Notes: a model not told the origin generated them from the letters alone. Positions 1 to 19,668 are shown, counted from the first letter of the stretch. The stretch is 64,000 nucleotides of DNA from Fidelibacterota bacterium (GCA_021734645.1 JAIPIQ010000001.1:3422-67421), one strand, 5' to 3'. Numbers and translations: made by a program.

Positions 1-1
1 C

Positions 2-328
2 AACATCATGGAGTTCTGCAAGCAGTTCAATGCGGCCACGCAGGCCCAGGCGGGGTTGGTGGTGCCGGTGGTGATCACGGTCTACCAGGATCGGTCGTTT
101 ACCTTTGTGCTCAAGAGCCCGCCGGCGGCGGTGCTGCTGAAAAAGGCGGCCGGGATCGCCAAGGGGTCGGCGCAGCCCAACCGCGAGAAGGTGGGCACGG
201 TCACCCGGGCGCAGCTCGAGGAGATCGTGAAGGCCAAGCAAGCGGATTTGAATGCCACGGGGCTGGACCAGGCGGTGCGGATCATCGCCGGCACGGCCCG
301 GAACATGGGCCTCGAGATTGTGGAGTAA
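2..328 (+). CDS. rplK: 50S ribosomal protein L11, 5'-truncated by window edge
   Basis: Translation ...[35 protein letters not shown]... is typical of the L11 C-terminal half. It is followed by rplA. Confidence 0.9.
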   Translation, partial: NIMEFCKQFNAATQAQAGLVVPVVITVYQDRSFTFVLKSPPAAVLLKKAAGIAKGSAQPNREKVGTVTRAQLEEIVKAKQADLNATGLDQAVRIIAGTARNMGLEIVE

Positions 329-334
329 AGCGTC

Positions 335-1030
335 ATGGCGAAACATGGTAAAAAGTATTTGGCGGTCAGCAGGAAACTCGAGCCGGGGCGGGTTTTTGAG
401 TTGGACGAGGCGTTGACCTTTTTGAAGGAGCATGCCACGGCCGGGTTTGATGAGACCGCGGAGATTGCGTTCCGGCTGGGGGTGGATCCGCGCAAGTCGG
501 ACCAGATGGTGCGGGGCACGGTGGCGTTGCCGCACGGCACGGGCAAGGCGGTGCGCGTGGCGGTGTTTGCGACGGGCGAGGCGGCCGAGGCCGCGCAGGC
601 GGCGGGGGCCAGCGCGGTGGGCATGGATGATTTGATTGAGAAGGTCAAGGGCGGGTGGACGGACTTTGATGTGGCCGTGGCGACGCCCGAGGCCATGAAG
701 GAAGTGCGCAAGCTGGGCAAGGTGCTCGGGCCGCGGGGCCTGATGCCCAATCCCAAGACGGGGACGGTAACCGACGACACGGCCGCGGCGGTCAAGCAGT
801 GCCTGGCCGGCCGGGTCGAGTTCAAGCTGGACCGGCACGGCAACATCATGGCGCCCTTCGGCAAGCTCTCGTTCGAGCTGTCCCAGTTGGCGGACAATGC
901 CAAGGCGGTGATCGAGGCGGTGCGGGCGGCCAAGCCCAGCGCGGCCAAGGGAATTTACATCAAGCGCTGCACGCTGACCTCGACCATGGGGCCGGGGCTG
1001 ACATTGAATCTGCGCGAGCAAGCGGCGTAA
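335..1030 (+). CDS. rplA: 50S ribosomal protein L1
   Basis: 231 aa, MAKHGKKY...GTGKAVRVAVFA. Canonical L1 features and position after L11. Confidence 0.95.
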   Translation: MAKHGKKYLAVSRKLEPGRVFELDEALTFLKEHATAGFDETAEIAFRLGVDPRKSDQMVRGTVALPHGTGKAVRVAVFATGEAAEAAQAAGASAVGMDDLIEKVKGGWTDFDVAVATPEAMKEVRKLGKVLGPRGLMPNPKTGTVTDDTAAAVKQCLAGRVEFKLDRHGNIMAPFGKLSFELSQLADNAKAVIEAVRAAKPSAAKGIYIKRCTLTSTMGPGLTLNLREQAA

Positions 1031-1040
1031 GGAGCACATT

Positions 1041-1556
1041 ATGAGACCGGAAAAAGCATCCTATTTGGCCGAGTTGCAGGCGGACGTGGCGGGGGCCGAC
1101 TATTTATTGTTGACGGACTTCACCGGGCTGACGGTCAGCCAGGCGACGGAGTTGCGGCGGCGGTTATGGGAGCGCCAGGCCCGGTGCAAGGTGGTCAAGA
1201 ACAGCATTCTGCGGTTGGCGGCGGCGCACAAGGGGATCAACGGCCTGGAGGCGCTGCTGCAGGGGCCGAGCGCGATGATTTACGGCGCTGGCGATGTGGC
1301 CGAGGTGGCCAAGGTCGTCAAGCAGTTTCAGATTGAGTTCAAGAAGACACCCTGGAAGGGCGCCGTGCTGGGCGATCAGATGCTAACGGGGGCGGATGCC
1401 ACGGCGTTGGCGGATTTGCCGGGGCGGATGGTTCTGCTGGCGCAGGTGGTCGGCACGATTGCGGCGCCCATGACGCAACTGGTGGGCGTGCTGCAGCAGA
1501 AGGTGGCCAGCGTGGTGTATGTACTCAAGGCCGTAGCGGACAAGAAGCAAGCGTAA
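1041..1556 (+). CDS. rplJ: 50S ribosomal protein L10
   Basis: 171 aa. L10-like sequence located between L1 and L7/L12. Confidence 0.92.
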   Translation: MRPEKASYLAELQADVAGADYLLLTDFTGLTVSQATELRRRLWERQARCKVVKNSILRLAAAHKGINGLEALLQGPSAMIYGAGDVAEVAKVVKQFQIEFKKTPWKGAVLGDQMLTGADATALADLPGRMVLLAQVVGTIAAPMTQLVGVLQQKVASVVYVLKAVADKKQA

Positions 1557-1611
1557 GTAATGGATTGGCCGTGGGTGGCATCCACCGGCGGCAGAAGCAA
1601 CACAGGAGAAA

Positions 1612-2022
1612 GTGGCAATCATGGAAGCGAACGAGAACGCCGTCCAAGCGGATGGCAAAATGGACGAGTTTGTCAGTTGGATCGAGAACCTGACGGTGCT
1701 GGATCTGTCGAAGCTCGTGAAGGTGCTGGAAGATCGGTTGGGCGTTAGCGCGGCGGCGCCGATGGCGGTGGCGGCGGCCCCGGCCGCGGCGGTGGCGGCC
1801 GAGGAAGAGCAGACCGAGTTCACTGTCATGCTGACGGGCGCGGGCTCGCAGAAGATTCAGGTGATCAAGGAGCTGCGGGGCTTGACCTCGCTGGGGCTCA
1901 AGGAAGCCAAGGACCTGGTGGACAATGCGCCGAAGCCGGTCAAGGAAGGCATTACCAAGGACGAGGCCGAGCAGATCAAGGCCAAGCTCGAAGCGGTCGG
2001 GGCGACGGTCGAGATCAAGTAG
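1612..2022 (+). CDS. rplL: 50S ribosomal protein L7/L12
   Basis: 136 aa with an Ala-rich hinge and a C-terminal ...[40 protein letters not shown]. Confidence 0.95.
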   Translation: MAIMEANENAVQADGKMDEFVSWIENLTVLDLSKLVKVLEDRLGVSAAAPMAVAAAPAAAVAAEEEQTEFTVMLTGAGSQKIQVIKELRGLTSLGLKEAKDLVDNAPKPVKEGITKDEAEQIKAKLEAVGATVEIK

Positions 2023-2103
2023 ACGGCCCGAAACCCGAGAGAGTCAAACCGCGGCGGCGGCTGGTGGGTAACCGGCTGACGGCGCAGAGCAAATGGGTGC
2101 GGC

Positions 2104-5859
<3,756 letters not shown>

Positions 5860-5872
5860 GCGGAGGCAGACA

Positions 5873-10066
<4,194 letters not shown>

Positions 10067-10131
10067 TTGCCAGCGGGGCGCGTTCCTGTTACGTTGCGCG
10101 GCTTTGGCCACATTCAGCAAGGGAAAAGAGT

Positions 10132-10509
10132 ATGCCGACAATTAATCAGTTAGTGCGCCACGGGCGCCAGGTGACGGTAAAGAAGCGCAAGGCGCCGGCG
10201 TTGGAGAGCTGCCCGCAGCGGCGGGGCGTGTGTTTGCTGGTGAAGACGCAGACGCCCAAGAAGCCGAATTCCGCGTTGCGGAAGATCGCGCGGGTGCGGC
10301 TGACCAACGGCATGGAAGTCACTGCGTATATTCCGGGCGAGGGGCACAACCTGCAGGAGCACAGCATGGTGCTGGTGCGGGGGGGCCGCGTGAAGGATTT
10401 GCCGGGCGTGCGGTATCATATCGTGCGCGGGGCGTTGGACTGCGTGGGCGTGGACGGCCGCAATCGCGGGCGTTCCAAGTACGGCACTAAGAAACCAAAA
10501 GCGAAGTAG
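10132..10509 (+). CDS. rpsL: 30S ribosomal protein S12
   Basis: 125 aa, [12 protein letters not shown]...[10 protein letters not shown]. Confidence 0.96.
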   Translation: MPTINQLVRHGRQVTVKKRKAPALESCPQRRGVCLLVKTQTPKKPNSALRKIARVRLTNGMEVTAYIPGEGHNLQEHSMVLVRGGRVKDLPGVRYHIVRGALDCVGVDGRNRGRSKYGTKKPKAK

Positions 10510-10521
10510 GCGGGTGAAGTC

Positions 10522-10989
10522 ATGAGGAGACGTAAAGCGGAGAAGCGGGAAGTCCGGCCGGACACGAAGTTCGGGCACCCCATTTTGGGGCGCCTGGTGG
10601 TGACGGTCATGCGCTGCGGCAAGCGTTCCGTGGCGGAACGGGTGATTTACACGACCCTGGACGAGCTCAATCGCAAGACCAATGAGGACCCCCTGAAGGT
10701 TTTCGAGCAGGCCTTGGAGAACGTCAAGCCGCGCCTGGAGGTCAAGTCGCGCCGGGTGGGTGGCGCCACGTACCAGGTGCCGCTGGAAGTGCCGGCTGAG
10801 CGCCAGGTTTCCCTGGCCTTGCGCTGGATTGTCCAATATGCCAATGCGCGCAAGGGGATGGGCCTGAGCCGCGCCCTGGCCATGGAATTGCTGGATGCCT
10901 ACAACAACACGGGCAACAGTGTCAAGAAGCGGGACGATACGTACAAGATGGCCCAGGCCAACAAGGCGTTTGCCCACTACCGCTGGTAG
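10522..10989 (+). CDS. rpsG: 30S ribosomal protein S7
   Basis: 155 aa, S7-like, in str operon order. Confidence 0.94.
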   Translation: MRRRKAEKREVRPDTKFGHPILGRLVVTVMRCGKRSVAERVIYTTLDELNRKTNEDPLKVFEQALENVKPRLEVKSRRVGGATYQVPLEVPAERQVSLALRWIVQYANARKGMGLSRALAMELLDAYNNTGNSVKKRDDTYKMAQANKAFAHYRW

Positions 10990-11010
10990 GCGGACCGAGG
11001 ATACCGTGTC

Positions 11011-13137
11011 ATGAGGATGGTCGCAGAGAAACACAGCATGCGCGCCGCGCCGGCCCCCGCCGGCGGGGAAGCGGCTGAGTGTGCTCTGGCGCTGATCCGC
11101 AATTTTGGCATTGTGGCCCACATTGACGCGGGCAAGACCACGGTCTCGGAGCGGATGCTGTTTTACACCGGCAGGACGCATCGCCTGGGCGAGGTGCATG
11201 AAGGCACCGCGACCATGGATTGGATGGACCAGGAGCAGGAGCGGGGCATTACCATTGTCAGCGCGGCGACAACCTGCCAGTGGCGCGGCTGCCAGTTCAA
11301 TCTGATTGATACGCCGGGCCACGTGGATTTCACGGCGGAAGTCGAGCGATCCCTGCGGGTGCTGGACGGCGCCGTGGGCGTGTTTTGCGGGGTGGGCGGC
11401 GTGCAGCCCCAGTCGGAAACGGTCTGGCGGCAGGCGGACAAGTACCAGGTGCCGCGGCTGGCCTTTGTGAACAAGCTGGACCGCAAGGGCGCGCGGCTCG
11501 ACGCGGTGGTGGCCGAGCTGCGCAGCAAGCTGGCGGCGCCGGCCGTGGCGGTACAATTGCCCCTGGGCGCGGAAGAACACTTTGCCGGCGTGGTGGATTT
11601 GGTGACCGAAGAAGCCGTGACCTTCGACGAGGAGAGTTTTGGCGGCAAGGTGCTGCGGACCCCCGTGACCGGGGCGCTGGCGGAGCGCGCCGCGGCGGCC
11701 CGCCAACAGTTGGTGGAAGCGGTGGCGGAGTGCGACGAGGAGCTGCTCGAAGCGTACCTGGCGAATGCGCAGGTCAGTCCGGCGGCCTTGCGGGCGGCCC
11801 TGCGGCGCCAGACGCTGGCCCTGCGGATTGTGCCGGTGCTGTGCGGCGCGGCCTTCAAGAACAAGGGAATTCAGCCGCTGATGGACGCGGTGGTGGATTA
11901 CCTGCCGGCGCCCACGGAAGTGCCGCCGATCGCCGGCGTGCACCCCAAGACCGGTGAGCCGGAAACCCGGCCGGCCAGCGAGCAGGCGCCCCTGGCCGCC
12001 CTGGTCTTTAAAATCGCCACCGATCCCTTCGTGGGCAAGCTGGCCTTCGCCCGGGTCTACAGCGGGCGGCTGGCCCGCGGTCAGAATATTTTCAACCCGC
12101 GCTTGCAGAAGCGTGAGCGGGTGGGACGGATCGTGCGGCTCCACGCCAACCAACGCGAGGAAGTCGAGTCCCTGGGCGCCGGCGAAATCGGCGGCCTGGC
12201 AGGCATCAAGCTCTTTACGACCGGCGACACGCTCTGTGTCGAAAACAAGCCCCTGGTCCTCGAAACCATCCATTTCCCCGAGCCCGTGATCGCCATGGCC
12301 ATCGAGCCCCATTCCCAGGCCGACCGCGCTGACCTGGACGCGGCCCTGCGATCCTTGTCGGATGAGGACCCGACCTTCCGGATCGCGACAGATCCGGAGA
12401 CGGGTCAGACGTTGATCCGGGGGATGGGCGAGCTGCATCTGGAGGTCTTGAAGGAGCGCATGCTGCGCGAGTTCAAGGTGCGGGCGACGGCGGGCCGTCC
12501 CATGGTGGCCTACCGCGAAACGATTACGGTTCCGGCGCAGGGGACGGAGCGCTTCGAGCGCGAGCTGGGCGGGCATGGGCAATTCGCGGAAGTGACCGTG
12601 GCGGTAACGCCGCGGGACCGCGGGACCGGCAACGAGATCCAATGGCAGGTTTCGCCCGAGCTGATTCCCCACGCTTTTCGCGCCGCGGTGGGGGCGGGCA
12701 TCGAGGATGCCCTGGCCACGGGCGTGGTCGGCAATTTCCCGCTGGTGGACGTGGCAGTGGCCATTGTGGGCGGCCAGTTTCATCCGGTGGATTCCTCCGA
12801 GCTGGCGTTCCGGTCGGCGGCGGTGTTGGCGCTGCGCCAGGCGGCGCAGGCGGCGCAGCCCGTCCTGCTGGAACCCATCATGGAACTGGAAGTGATCACC
12901 CCCGAGGCGCACCTCGGGGACGTGTTGGGCGATGTGAGCGCCCGGCGCGGGCGGGTGCGCGAGTTGGACGCCCGGGCCGACGCCCAGGTAATTACAGCGG
13001 ACGTGCCGCTGGCGGAGCTGTTCGGTTATACGACGGCGCTGCGTTCGCTGACAAAAGGCCGGGCGTCCTGTACGCTCGAACCACGGTTATTCGAGGTAGT
13101 GCCGCCCGCCATGCAGGCGGCCATTTTGAACCGATGA
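11011..13137 (+). CDS. fusA: Elongation factor G (start codon uncertain: 11011 or 11038)
   Basis: G-domain AHIDAGKTT...DTPGHVDF...NKLD. 708 aa. Located after rpsG. Confidence 0.92.
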   Translation: MRMVAEKHSMRAAPAPAGGEAAECALALIRNFGIVAHIDAGKTTVSERMLFYTGRTHRLGEVHEGTATMDWMDQEQERGITIVSAATTCQWRGCQFNLIDTPGHVDFTAEVERSLRVLDGAVGVFCGVGGVQPQSETVWRQADKYQVPRLAFVNKLDRKGARLDAVVAELRSKLAAPAVAVQLPLGAEEHFAGVVDLVTEEAVTFDEESFGGKVLRTPVTGALAERAAAARQQLVEAVAECDEELLEAYLANAQVSPAALRAALRRQTLALRIVPVLCGAAFKNKGIQPLMDAVVDYLPAPTEVPPIAGVHPKTGEPETRPASEQAPLAALVFKIATDPFVGKLAFARVYSGRLARGQNIFNPRLQKRERVGRIVRLHANQREEVESLGAGEIGGLAGIKLFTTGDTLCVENKPLVLETIHFPEPVIAMAIEPHSQADRADLDAALRSLSDEDPTFRIATDPETGQTLIRGMGELHLEVLKERMLREFKVRATAGRPMVAYRETITVPAQGTERFERELGGHGQFAEVTVAVTPRDRGTGNEIQWQVSPELIPHAFRAAVGAGIEDALATGVVGNFPLVDVAVAIVGGQFHPVDSSELAFRSAAVLALRQAAQAAQPVLLEPIMELEVITPEAHLGDVLGDVSARRGRVRELDARADAQVITADVPLAELFGYTTALRSLTKGRASCTLEPRLFEVVPPAMQAAILNR

Positions 13138-13144
13138 GGACAGT

Positions 13145-13453
13145 ATGAACGGACAAAGAATACGGATCAATTTACGGGCGTACGATCACCGGGTGCTGGA
13201 TCAATCGGCACGGGAAATCGTCGAAACGGCCAAGCGCACGGGCGCCATTGTGGCCGGGCCGATTCCCATGCCCACCCGCATCGAACGCTATTCGGTCAAT
13301 CGCAGCCCGCACGTGGACAAGAAGTCCATGGAACAGTTTGAGATTCGGACGCACAAGCGCCTGCTGGACATCATCAATCCCACGGCCAGCACGGTGGATG
13401 AGCTGAAGAAACTCAATTTGCCCGCGGGTGTGGACATCAACATCAAGATTTGA
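13145..13453 (+). CDS. rpsJ: 30S ribosomal protein S10
   Basis: 102 aa, [19 protein letters not shown]... Starts 7 nt after the fusA stop, with no tuf in between. Confidence 0.95.
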   Translation: MNGQRIRINLRAYDHRVLDQSAREIVETAKRTGAIVAGPIPMPTRIERYSVNRSPHVDKKSMEQFEIRTHKRLLDIINPTASTVDELKKLNLPAGVDINIKI

Positions 13454-14106
13454 GGCACGTCATGGACAGCATGTTGGGAATCAAGCTCGGGATGACCCGG
13501 GTGTTCGATGAGCAAGGCAATCAAGTGCCGGTCACGGCCATTCAGGCCGGCCCCTGCACGGTGGTGCGGCGCAAGACGGCCGCCACGGACGGTTATGAAG
13601 CCGTCGAGCTGGCCCTGTTGCCGCAGAAGCCCCAGCGCCTGAGCAAGGCCCAGGTGGGGCACTATGCCCGGCACAACGCGCCGCCGCACCGGATTCTGCG
13701 GGAAGTGCGGGTGGCGGCCGATGAGGCGGTGACGGCGGGCCAGGTGGTGGACGCGGCTCTGTTCACGGGCGTCGAGTTCGTGGACGTCATCGGCGAAACC
13801 AAGGGGCGCGGTTTTCAAGGGGTGGTCCGGCGGCACGGGATGGCCGGCGGGCGCGCGTCTCACGGCGGCAAGAGCACGCTGCGCGGGCCGGGCTCGATCG
13901 GCCAGCGCGAGTTTCCGGGGCGGATTTTCAAGAATAAGCGCATGAGCGGCCATATGGGCCAGGTGCAGATCACGACCCAGAACCTGCGGTTGGTGCAGAT
14001 TCGGGACGCGGACAGCGTCCTGCTGGTGCGCGGGTCGGTGCCTGGCCCGGTGGGCGCCGTGGTGCTGGTGCGCAAAGCGTTGAAAAAGGCGGCGAAGGAA
14101 TCATGA
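13450..14106 (+). CDS. rplC: 50S ribosomal protein L3 (true start probably a few codons downstream)
   Basis: [25 protein letters not shown]... L3 signature. Confidence 0.92.
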   Translation: MRHVMDSMLGIKLGMTRVFDEQGNQVPVTAIQAGPCTVVRRKTAATDGYEAVELALLPQKPQRLSKAQVGHYARHNAPPHRILREVRVAADEAVTAGQVVDAALFTGVEFVDVIGETKGRGFQGVVRRHGMAGGRASHGGKSTLRGPGSIGQREFPGRIFKNKRMSGHMGQVQITTQNLRLVQIRDADSVLLVRGSVPGPVGAVVLVRKALKKAAKES

Positions 14107-14747
14107 GCAAGTTACCGATATATACAATGGCCGGCGAGCAGGTCGGCGAATATGAATTGGCCGATGACCTGTTGGTGTTTGACAAAGGGCTGCCGGCCGT
14201 GCATGAAGTGATCCGCGCGTACCTGGCGAATCAGCGCCAGGGATCGGCGGCGACCAAGACCCGGGCGTTTGTGGCCGGCACGGGCAAGAAGCCCTGGAAG
14301 CAGAAGGGCTCGGGCCGGGCGCGCGCGGGGGCCAAGCAGTCGCCCGTGTGGCGGGGGGGCGGAGTGGCCTTCGGGCCGCAGCCGCGATCATTCCGCAAGG
14401 ACGTCAACAAGAAGACGGCCCGGCTGGCGTTCCGGCGGGCGCTGAGCGACAAGGTGGCGGCGGGTGATGTGGTGGTGTTGGAGCGGTTGGAATTGCCGGC
14501 GCCCAAGACCCGCGAGCTGGCCCAGATCGCCAAGAGTTTGCAGGCGGAGACCAAAGGGTTGTTCCTGGTGGACCAGGTAGCGCCTGAGCTGGGGCGCGCG
14601 GCGCGGAATCTGGCGACGGTGGCGGTGGCCCGGGTGGGCCAGACGCCCACCTACCAGTTGCTGAACGCGCGGCGGATTGTGGTGACCCAGGCGGGCATGG
14701 CGGAATTGGAAAAGCGGCTGCGCAGCGCGGCCGGGAGGCAGGCATGA
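14103..14747 (+). CDS. rplD: 50S ribosomal protein L4
   Basis: 214 aa, L4-like, in S10 operon order. Confidence 0.92.
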   Translation: MSKLPIYTMAGEQVGEYELADDLLVFDKGLPAVHEVIRAYLANQRQGSAATKTRAFVAGTGKKPWKQKGSGRARAGAKQSPVWRGGGVAFGPQPRSFRKDVNKKTARLAFRRALSDKVAAGDVVVLERLELPAPKTRELAQIAKSLQAETKGLFLVDQVAPELGRAARNLATVAVARVGQTPTYQLLNARRIVVTQAGMAELEKRLRSAAGRQA

Positions 14748-15028
14748 GAGCGGCGGAGGATATTATCCGGACGGTGCAATTGACCGAAAAGGGCACCTTG
14801 TTGACCGAACAGGCCAACCAGTACCTTTTCGAGGTGGACCGGACGGCGACGAAACCAGAGATCGCGCGGGCAGTGACCCAGTTGTTCAAGGTGCATGTTA
14901 CCCAGGTCCGGACCTTGAATCAACGGGGCAAACTGAAGCGGGAACGCACCGCGCATTTCGGGCGGACGGCCCGGCGCAAGCGGGCGATTGTGACCCTGCG
15001 CGCGGGCGACAAAATTGATTTGACCTGA
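14744..15028 (+). CDS. rplW: 50S ribosomal protein L23
   Basis: 94 aa, position and sequence. Confidence 0.9.
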   Translation: MRAAEDIIRTVQLTEKGTLLTEQANQYLFEVDRTATKPEIARAVTQLFKVHVTQVRTLNQRGKLKRERTAHFGRTARRKRAIVTLRAGDKIDLT

Positions 15029-15041
15029 GCGGGAGCGAGAT

Positions 15042-15869
15042 ATGGCACTTAAGAAAAGACGACCGACCACGGCCAGCAACCGGCATACGGAGCTGAGCGA
15101 ACGGGGCGGTTTGAGCAAGAAGAAACCGGAAGGGCGGCTGCTGAAGCGGCAGACGAACCGGGCTGGCCGTAACGCCCACGGGCGGATTACCGTGCGGCAT
15201 CGGGGCGGCGGCAGCCGGCAGCATTACCGTCAGATTGACTTCAAGCGTGACAAGATCGGGATTCCCGCCACCGTGGCGGCGCTCGAATACGATCCGAACC
15301 GCTCGGCGCATTTGGCCCTGCTGCACTATGCGGATGGCGACAAGCGCTACATTCTGGCGCCCCTGGGCCTGGAAGTGGGGGCCACGGTCGTCTCCGGCCC
15401 CACGGCGGAGCCCACGGCGGGCAATGCGCTGCCCCTGGGCAAAATCCCCATCGGCATGTCCATTCACAATATTGCGCTCAAAGTGGGCAGCGGCGGGCAG
15501 ATTGTCCGCTCGGCCGGCACGGCCGCCCAGCTCATGAGCCGGGATGGCGTCCGGGCCACCCTGCGCCTGCCCTCCGGCGAAATTCGCACGGTGGATGAGC
15601 GCTGCTATGCGACCATCGGGCAGGTGGGCCACATCGAGCACGAAAGCCAGTCCCTGGGCAAGGCGGGCCGGGCGCGGTGGCTCGGGCGGCGGCCGACGGT
15701 GCGGGGCGTGGCCATGAATCCGGTGGACCATCCCATGGGGGGCGGCGAAGGCCGGACCTCGGGCGGCGGCCATCCGGTCTCGCCCTGGGGCCAACTGGCC
15801 AAGGGCAAGCGGACGCGTTCGAAGAAGAAAGCGTCCAGCCAGTTTATTGTGCAACGGCGGAGGAAGTAA
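15042..15869 (+). CDS. rplB: 50S ribosomal protein L2
   Basis: 275 aa, ...[15 protein letters not shown]... L2 signature. Confidence 0.95.
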   Translation: MALKKRRPTTASNRHTELSERGGLSKKKPEGRLLKRQTNRAGRNAHGRITVRHRGGGSRQHYRQIDFKRDKIGIPATVAALEYDPNRSAHLALLHYADGDKRYILAPLGLEVGATVVSGPTAEPTAGNALPLGKIPIGMSIHNIALKVGSGGQIVRSAGTAAQLMSRDGVRATLRLPSGEIRTVDERCYATIGQVGHIEHESQSLGKAGRARWLGRRPTVRGVAMNPVDHPMGGGEGRTSGGGHPVSPWGQLAKGKRTRSKKKASSQFIVQRRRK

Positions 15870-15872
15870 GTT

Positions 15873-16157
15873 ATGGCGCGTTCGATTAGCAAGGGTCCGT
15901 ATGTCGAAGCCAAACTGGCGCTCAAGGTGGAGCGGCTGAACCGGAGCGGCGAGAAGCGGGTGATCAAGACCTGGTCCCGGCGCTCCATGATTCTGCCTGA
16001 TTTCATCGGGCATACCTTTGCCGTGCATAACGGCAAGCAATTCATCACCGTGTTTGTGACCGAGAACATGGTCGGGCATCGCCTGGGCGAGTTTTCACCC
16101 ACGCGGACGTTCCGCCGCCATGGTTCGGCAACGGACAAGACGGTTTCATTGAAGTAG
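15873..16157 (+). CDS. rpsS: 30S ribosomal protein S19
   Basis: 94 aa, [15 protein letters not shown]... Confidence 0.95.
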   Translation: MARSISKGPYVEAKLALKVERLNRSGEKRVIKTWSRRSMILPDFIGHTFAVHNGKQFITVFVTENMVGHRLGEFSPTRTFRRHGSATDKTVSLK

Positions 16158-16259
16158 GCGGAGGCGGCGGAATAATAAAAGATTGCGACCGGGGCGAACG
16201 CGCGCTAGGATGCGCGGCTTTGGGATGATCCGGCGCAAGCAGCGAGCAGGGCAAATATC

Positions 16260-16607
16260 ATGGAAGTCAAGGCAGTAACAAAATATGTGCGTTTGGCGCC
16301 CAGTAAGGCGCGGGATCTGGCGCGTTCGATTCAGGGCCTGGGGGCGGAAGCCGCCCTCAACCTGACGCAGCATAGCCGCCGGAAAGCGGCCGTGCAACTG
16401 GGCAAGACGCTCAAGTCGGCGCTGGCGAACGCGGAGCATAACGCGGAACTGGCGCCGGAGAATATGTACGTCAAGGAAGCCGTGATCGAACCGGGGCCGA
16501 CGTTGAAGCGGTTCTGGCCCCGTTCGCGCGGCATGGTCAGTCCGATCAAGCGCCGGAGCTGTCATATCCGGGTCATATTGGCTGAACGGGCAGAGCGGAG
16601 CCGCTAA
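16260..16607 (+). CDS. rplV: 50S ribosomal protein L22
   Basis: 115 aa, MEVKAVTKYVRLAPSKARDLARSIQG... Confidence 0.92.
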   Translation: MEVKAVTKYVRLAPSKARDLARSIQGLGAEAALNLTQHSRRKAAVQLGKTLKSALANAEHNAELAPENMYVKEAVIEPGPTLKRFWPRSRGMVSPIKRRSCHIRVILAERAERSR

Positions 16608-16630
16608 GGCGGCGCGAAAGGAGACCGACT

Positions 16631-17302
16631 TTGGGTCAGAAAGTAAATCCGATTGGGCTGCGAGTGAGCGTCACGAAAAACTGGCGTTCGCGCTGGTATG
16701 CGGGCAAGCGCCAGTTTGGCGACTTGCTGCACGAGGACCTGCTGATTCGCAACAGGGTGCAGGAGCGCTTGAAGGACGGCGCGTTGGCGGACATCATCAT
16801 CGAGCGGTATGCGAACCGGGCGCGGGTCACCCTGCACACGGCGCGGCCGGGCATTGTGGTGGGGCGGCGCGGCGCGGATCTAGAGCGCTTGCGCGAGGAG
16901 TTGGGGCGTTTGACGGGTAAGGATGTGTACCTGGATGTGGTCGAGGTCAAGAACCCGGACACCCAGGCGCAATTGATTGCCGAGCAGATTGCCGTGCAAC
17001 TGGAGCGGCGCGTGTCGTTTCGCCGGGCGTTGAAGCGCGCGGTGCAGATGGCCATGGAGCTGGGTTGCCTGGGGGTGCGCGTGCGGGCCTCGGGGCGGCT
17101 GGGGGGCTCCGAGCTGGCGCGCACGGAAGGGTATCGCGAGGGCAAAGTGCCTTTGCACACTCTGCGGGCCAACGTCGAATATGGTTTTGCCGAGGCCAAG
17201 ACCATGGCGGGGCTGATCGGGGTCAAGGTATGGACATGCAAGGAGCCGGAGGCTGTCGAGGCCACGAATCCGCGGGAGAAGACCTATGCCGCTTATGCCT
17301 AA
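16631..17302 (+). CDS. rpsC: 30S ribosomal protein S3 (TTG start)
   Basis: 223 aa, [11 protein letters not shown]... KH domain. Confidence 0.94.
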   Translation: MGQKVNPIGLRVSVTKNWRSRWYAGKRQFGDLLHEDLLIRNRVQERLKDGALADIIIERYANRARVTLHTARPGIVVGRRGADLERLREELGRLTGKDVYLDVVEVKNPDTQAQLIAEQIAVQLERRVSFRRALKRAVQMAMELGCLGVRVRASGRLGGSELARTEGYREGKVPLHTLRANVEYGFAEAKTMAGLIGVKVWTCKEPEAVEATNPREKTYAAYA

Positions 17303-17705
17303 AAGAGTGAAGCACCGTAAAGTGCAGAAGGGACGGGTGCGCGGTTTGGCGCATTCGGGCAATACCGTGGCCTTCGGGGACTTTGCCTTGCAGGGGCTCG
17401 AGGCCGCCTGGCTGACGAACATCCAGATTGAAGCCTGCCGGATTGCGATCAACCGCGCCATGAAGCGTAAAGGCAAGCTTTGGATTCGGATTTTCCCCGA
17501 CAAACCGTATACGAAGAAGCCGCTCGAAGTCCGGATGGGCAAGGGGAAGGGCGCGGTCGAGGGCTGGGTCGCGGTGGTGCGGCCGGGCAATGTGTTGTTT
17601 GAAGTCAACGGCGTGCCGGAGTCCGTGGCGCGGGAGGCCATGCGGTTGGCCTCCGCCAAGCTGCCGATTCCCACCCGCTTTCTGCAGCGGCACGGGCAAA
17701 TATAG
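17286..17705 (+). CDS. rplP: 50S ribosomal protein L16
   Basis: 139 aa, [14 protein letters not shown]... Confidence 0.94.
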   Translation: MPLMPKRVKHRKVQKGRVRGLAHSGNTVAFGDFALQGLEAAWLTNIQIEACRIAINRAMKRKGKLWIRIFPDKPYTKKPLEVRMGKGKGAVEGWVAVVRPGNVLFEVNGVPESVAREAMRLASAKLPIPTRFLQRHGQI

Positions 17706-17717
17706 GAGCAGGGACAG

Positions 17718-17909
17718 ATGAAAGCCGCGGCATTAAGAGAATTAACCCCCGAAGAGTTGGCCCAACGCGGGCGCGAGTCACGGGAAGAACACTTCCGTTT
17801 GCGGGTCCAGCAGGCCAGCAGCCAGCTTGAAAAACCGTTGCGGTTACGGGTGGTGCGGCGCGATTTGGCGCGGGTGGCCACGGTCCAGCGCGAACGGGAA
17901 AAGAGGTAG
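17718..17909 (+). CDS. rpmC: 50S ribosomal protein L29
   Basis: 63 aa, [19 protein letters not shown]... Confidence 0.88.
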   Translation: MKAAALRELTPEELAQRGRESREEHFRLRVQQASSQLEKPLRLRVVRRDLARVATVQREREKR

Positions 17910-17916
17910 AAGAGAT

Positions 17917-18189
17917 ATGAGCGAAGAGCCTCGTAAGAATGTCAAACGGTTCCTGGAGGGCGTGGTGGTCAGCAACGCGCCGGACAAGACGATTGTCGTG
18001 CGGGTGACGCGCCGGGTGCGCCATCCCCTGTACGGCAAGGTGATCACCCAGGTCCGGAAGGCCCATGCGCATGACGAAGCCAACACCGCCCAGGTGGGGG
18101 ATCGGGTGCGGCTGGTGGAATGTCGTCCCCTGAGCCGGTTGAAACGCTGGCGCCTGGTGACGGTGGTGACCCCGGCCCAACCGGCCTGA
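17917..18189 (+). CDS. rpsQ: 30S ribosomal protein S17
   Basis: Internal start MSEEPRKNVKRFLEGVVVSNAPDKTIVVRV inside track ORF 17827..18189. Confidence 0.9.
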   Translation: MSEEPRKNVKRFLEGVVVSNAPDKTIVVRVTRRVRHPLYGKVITQVRKAHAHDEANTAQVGDRVRLVECRPLSRLKRWRLVTVVTPAQPA

Positions 18190-18211
18190 GGGCGCTAAAG
18201 GATAAATTGCA

Positions 18212-18577
18212 ATGATACAGGTACAAACCAATTTGAATGTGGCGGATAACACGGGCGCCCGCCGGGCCATGTGTATCCGGGTGCTGGGCCAGCGCAAGCG
18301 CATGGCTCACATTGGCGATTTGATCGTCGTGACGATCAAGGATGCCCAGCCGCGCGGTATGGTCAAGAAGGGGGAGGTGCGCAAGGCGGTCATCGTGCGC
18401 ACGGCCAATCCCATCCGGCGCGCGGACGGTTCCGAGCTGCGTTTCGATCATAACGCGGTGGTGCTGGTGGACGACCAGCTCAATCCGCGCGGGACGCGGA
18501 TTTTCGGGCCGGTGGCGCGGGAACTGCGCGACCGGAACTACATGAAGATCATATCCCTGGCCCCGGAGGTGTTGTGA
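18212..18577 (+). CDS. rplN: 50S ribosomal protein L14
   Basis: 121 aa, [17 protein letters not shown]... Confidence 0.95.
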   Translation: MIQVQTNLNVADNTGARRAMCIRVLGQRKRMAHIGDLIVVTIKDAQPRGMVKKGEVRKAVIVRTANPIRRADGSELRFDHNAVVLVDDQLNPRGTRIFGPVARELRDRNYMKIISLAPEVL

Positions 18578-18858
18578 TGGCGCACGGCAGGCGATTGAAG
18601 GCGCGGTTCAAGCGCGGCGACGAGGTCACGGTTTTGTCCGGCGATGAGGCCGGGAAAAGCGGGAAGATTTTGCAGATGCTGCCGAGCCAGGGCCGGGCAG
18701 TGGTCGAGGGGTTGAACTTGGTCACCAAGCACATGCGCAAGACCCAGGACAATCCCCAGGGCGGGCGGCCGACCAAGGAAGCGCCGCTGCGCCTGTGCAA
18801 ACTGGCGCTGAAGGAACAGGGCAAAGGGGCCGGCGCGACCGGCGGACAAGCGAGGTAA
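18574..18858 (+). CDS. rplX: 50S ribosomal protein L24
   Basis: 94 aa with a KOW motif. Located between L14 and L5. Confidence 0.88.
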   Translation: MMAHGRRLKARFKRGDEVTVLSGDEAGKSGKILQMLPSQGRAVVEGLNLVTKHMRKTQDNPQGGRPTKEAPLRLCKLALKEQGKGAGATGGQAR

Positions 18859-18863
18859 TTCAG

Positions 18864-19424
18864 ATGGCGTCGCGTTTACAAGAGAAGTACGAGCAACAGG
18901 TGAAGCCGGCCCTGCAGGCCGCCAACCAGTATGCGAATCCCATGCAGGTGCCAAGGATCAAGAAGGTCGTGGTCAACATGGGGGTCAAAACCTCGCTGGA
19001 CAAGGATGCCCTGCAGATCCTGGCCAACGACCTGGGCAAGATCACGGGCCAGAAGCCCGTGATTGCCAAGTCCCGGTTGAGCATTGCCAATTTTCGCCTG
19101 CGCGAGGGCATGCCGGTGGGCATCAAGGTGACCCTGCGCGGTCAGCGCATGTATGAATTTCTGGACCGGCTGATCAACACGGCGTTGCCGCGCATTCGCG
19201 ATTTTCGCGGGATCTCGGCCACGGGGTTTGATGGCCGGGGCAACTTCAGCCTCGGGTTGCGCGAGCAAACCATCTTTCCGGAGATTGACCCGGACAAGAT
19301 CAAGGCCACCCAGGGCATGAACATAACCATCGTTACGGATGCGGCCAGCGATGCCGAGGCGCGCGAGCTGTTGCGCGGCCTGGGCATGCCGTTTGCCGCG
19401 GCGCAGAACGTCGGGCGCGCGTAG
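18864..19424 (+). CDS. rplE: 50S ribosomal protein L5
   Basis: Internal start MASRLQEKYEQQVKPAL... within track ORF 18795..19424. Confidence 0.93.
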   Translation: MASRLQEKYEQQVKPALQAANQYANPMQVPRIKKVVVNMGVKTSLDKDALQILANDLGKITGQKPVIAKSRLSIANFRLREGMPVGIKVTLRGQRMYEFLDRLINTALPRIRDFRGISATGFDGRGNFSLGLREQTIFPEIDPDKIKATQGMNITIVTDAASDAEARELLRGLGMPFAAAQNVGRA

Positions 19425-19452
19425 GCGCGCCCCTGAATGAGGAGAAGGTCTC

Positions 19453-19638
19453 TTGGCCAAGAAATCATTGATTGAAAAGTCGAACCGGACGCCGAAATTC
19501 AAGGTGCGCACCTATACGCGCTGCCGGAAGTGCGGACGTCAGCGGGCGTATATGCGGAAGTTTCAAATGTGCCGGATTTGTTTTCGAGAGCTGGCCTCCG
19601 AGGGCAAGATCCCGGGTGTCATCAAGGCCAGTTGGTAA
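19453..19638 (+). CDS. rpsN: 30S ribosomal protein S14, Zn-binding type Z
   Basis: 61 aa with CRKCGR...CRIC, the four-Cys Zn-ribbon form. Confidence 0.9.
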   Translation: MAKKSLIEKSNRTPKFKVRTYTRCRKCGRQRAYMRKFQMCRICFRELASEGKIPGVIKASW

Positions 19639-19668
19639 GGGGCGCGTAAGCGCCAAGGTGGTGAATTC

